A DNA stretch of 32,000 nucleotides. Source: Amoeboradix gromovi X-113 (taxonomy: Eukaryota; Fungi; Sanchytriomycota). Shown piece after piece: positions 30,468-32,000 of this stretch. Each line of letters opens with the position of its first letter. Positions within the stretch are counted from its first letter, which is position 1. The position numbers were made by a program, and so were the translations under genes. A model generated the notes under the pieces. It was not told the DNA's origin. It made no database searches and was given only the letters and a program-made list of their open reading frames with translations. The stretch covers positions 13,167 to 45,166 of the forward strand of contig JADGIF010000011.1 of assembly GCA_018985225.1 (NCBI GenBank), in the 5' to 3' direction.

Positions 30468-30485
30468 TTTTATACCTTATTTATT

Positions 30486-31757
30486 TTACTTTAGCAGCAG
30501 CAATGGGTTCTCAATATACTCTTTTAGGGTTTGCATGAACAAAGCACCTACTGCACCATCTACAACTCTATGATCAAACGAAGTAGTCATGCTCATAACT
30601 CTAGTTGGGAGCACCTTGTCTTTCCCGTTTTCATTCACTAATTTTACCTCGTTCTTGATAGCGGATACAGCTACGATACCGCTTTGAGGTGGATTGATGA
30701 TGGCATTAAATGAGTCAATTCCATACATTCCCAAATTAGACACACAAAAAGAACCACCAATAAACTCCTCGGGCTTCAATTGATTATTTCTGGCCTTTTC
30801 TGCCAACGATTTGGCAGCAGAGTTTAGTTCCTTTAGCCCTAACTTATCAGCGTTTTTGATAATTGGGGTAATTAAACCCTTTTCAGTAGCCACAGCCATG
30901 CTTAAGTCAACAGAGGCATATTTGCGAATGACATCGCCCATCCATGAAGAATTGACATCAGGGTGATCTCTAAGTGTTAATGCCACAGCTTTGTTAACAA
31001 AGTCATTAATTGATACATTGCACTGCTGTTCCTTTAGAGACTGGCGTAAAAGAATTAATTTGTCTACATTCATTTTACAAGTCAAATAATAGTGAGGAAT
31101 GGTCGTTTTGCTAAACGATAATCTTTCAGCAATAGTGAGTCTCATTTGGGAAATTGGAATATCTTTGAAGTTAGATTTAACAGACGAACTAGAGGATGGA
31201 GAGCTTTTGAACTTTATGTAATCTGCAAGTACAATTCTACCATTTGGACCCGTTCCGGAAATTTTGGAAACATCAACATTCTCTAACTTGGCTAACTTCT
31301 TGACTAACGGAGATGCTTTGGACGATGACTTTTCCGGAGAAAATGCTTTCGTTTGTTCAGAAATGATTGGTTTCGGCGGTTCGGGAGCTTTCTCTGTCTG
31401 GACTTTTGCTTTCGAGTCCACTGGACTTGCAGTTGGCTTTGGAGATTCAAAATCATCAAACTTGTCAACATCTTCTTGATTTTCTACTAGAACAGCAATC
31501 GGGGTGCCAATCTTAATGTCTTTTGAGCCGCCCTCAAACAGCAGTTTAGCGATGTATCCGTCATCCTGAAATTCGAATTCCATCTGTGCTTTATCGGTTT
31601 CTATTTCCGCTAAGATATCACCCGGTTGCAGTTTATCACCTGCTTTTTTTCGCCATTCACTTATGTTGCCCTGGGTCATAGTGGGAGATAAAGCAGGCAT
31701 ATTAATCAGTTGATGTGCAGGCAGCTGAAGAAGTATGTTTCTAAATCGGGAAATCAT
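30486..31757 (-). CDS. LAT1: Pyruvate dehydrogenase E2, dihydrolipoamide acetyltransferase
   Basis: MPALSPTMTQGNI, EIETDKA lipoyl site, GTGPNGRI, AIINPPQS, DHRVVDGA. Likely start MISRFR at 31757. Confidence 0.95.
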   Translation of the reverse strand: MISRFRNILLQLPAHQLINMPALSPTMTQGNISEWRKKAGDKLQPGDILAEIETDKAQMEFEFQDDGYIAKLLFEGGSKDIKIGTPIAVLVENQEDVDKFDDFESPKPTASPVDSKAKVQTEKAPEPPKPIISEQTKAFSPEKSSSKASPLVKKLAKLENVDVSKISGTGPNGRIVLADYIKFKSSPSSSSSVKSNFKDIPISQMRLTIAERLSFSKTTIPHYYLTCKMNVDKLILLRQSLKEQQCNVSINDFVNKAVALTLRDHPDVNSSWMGDVIRKYASVDLSMAVATEKGLITPIIKNADKLGLKELNSAAKSLAEKARNNQLKPEEFIGGSFCVSNLGMYGIDSFNAIINPPQSGIVAVSAIKNEVKLVNENGKDKVLPTRVMSMTTSFDHRVVDGAVGALFMQTLKEYIENPLLLLK

Positions 31758-31787
31758 GTTTGGTTTCCTCCGTCTACAAATTAACAA

Positions 31788-31956
31788 ATGGGACATCAAA
31801 TATAAAAACTGGACTAACTTTCTGCAACAAGTTGGAACATTATTTCAGCTTTATTACTTTATGGATTTAAGAGGCGAGTGGACATTCAGCTAGTTGCGGA
31901 GTTGACGAGCATAAAAGGAAAATAAATATTCTGTACAGCTATTCTCTTACTCTTTC
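31788..31956 (+). repeat. Truncated second copy of the 737-1118 element
   Basis: Aligns with 736-904 at roughly 90% identity or better by eye, including the terminal motif. Confidence 0.92.
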
Positions 31957-32000
31957 ATCCAATCTTTATTTCAAATAAAATATCACTATTACACTTCAAA

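Noticed and set aside
31758-31799. N-terminal extension of PDH E2 in the ORF track
   Set aside because: It begins inside the dispersed repeat. MISRFR at 31757 is a better mitochondrial-type start.

Overview
AT-rich, gene-dense eukaryotic DNA in the standard genetic code. It most likely comes from an early-diverging, flagellated fungus or close relative (inference from fungal-type MTD1 and Ssp1/Sak1-like kinase, flagellar IFT46 and a DRC-like IQ protein, intergenic gaps as short as 16-45 bp, and almost no introns). About 19 host genes are present: bHLH-like protein, COA5/PET191, IQ coiled-coil protein, RRP42, CaMKK-like kinase, F-box/LRR, RING-H2 ligase, ThrRS, mL53, SMC6, IFT46, TOP1, homeodomain protein, MTD1, Hippo/MST kinase with SARAH domain, STT3, a Cys-rich protein, PDH E2, and a candidate 58-aa gene. 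Only two introns are needed, and both are tiny (20 and 21 nt). The gene clusters are separated by islands of decayed mobile DNA: (i) a frameshifted Fanzor/TnpB nuclease remnant at about 8.05-8.47 kb; (ii) several degenerate Gypsy-type (rve) integrase fragments with no visible RT or gag; (iii) a family of short TG...CA elements sharing the terminal motif TG(G/A/T)GACA...AAAAACTRGAYTRACT; (iv) an identical inverted repeat pair enclosing a 2.9-kb, four-gene block. All calls come from reading motifs by eye; no database search was run.
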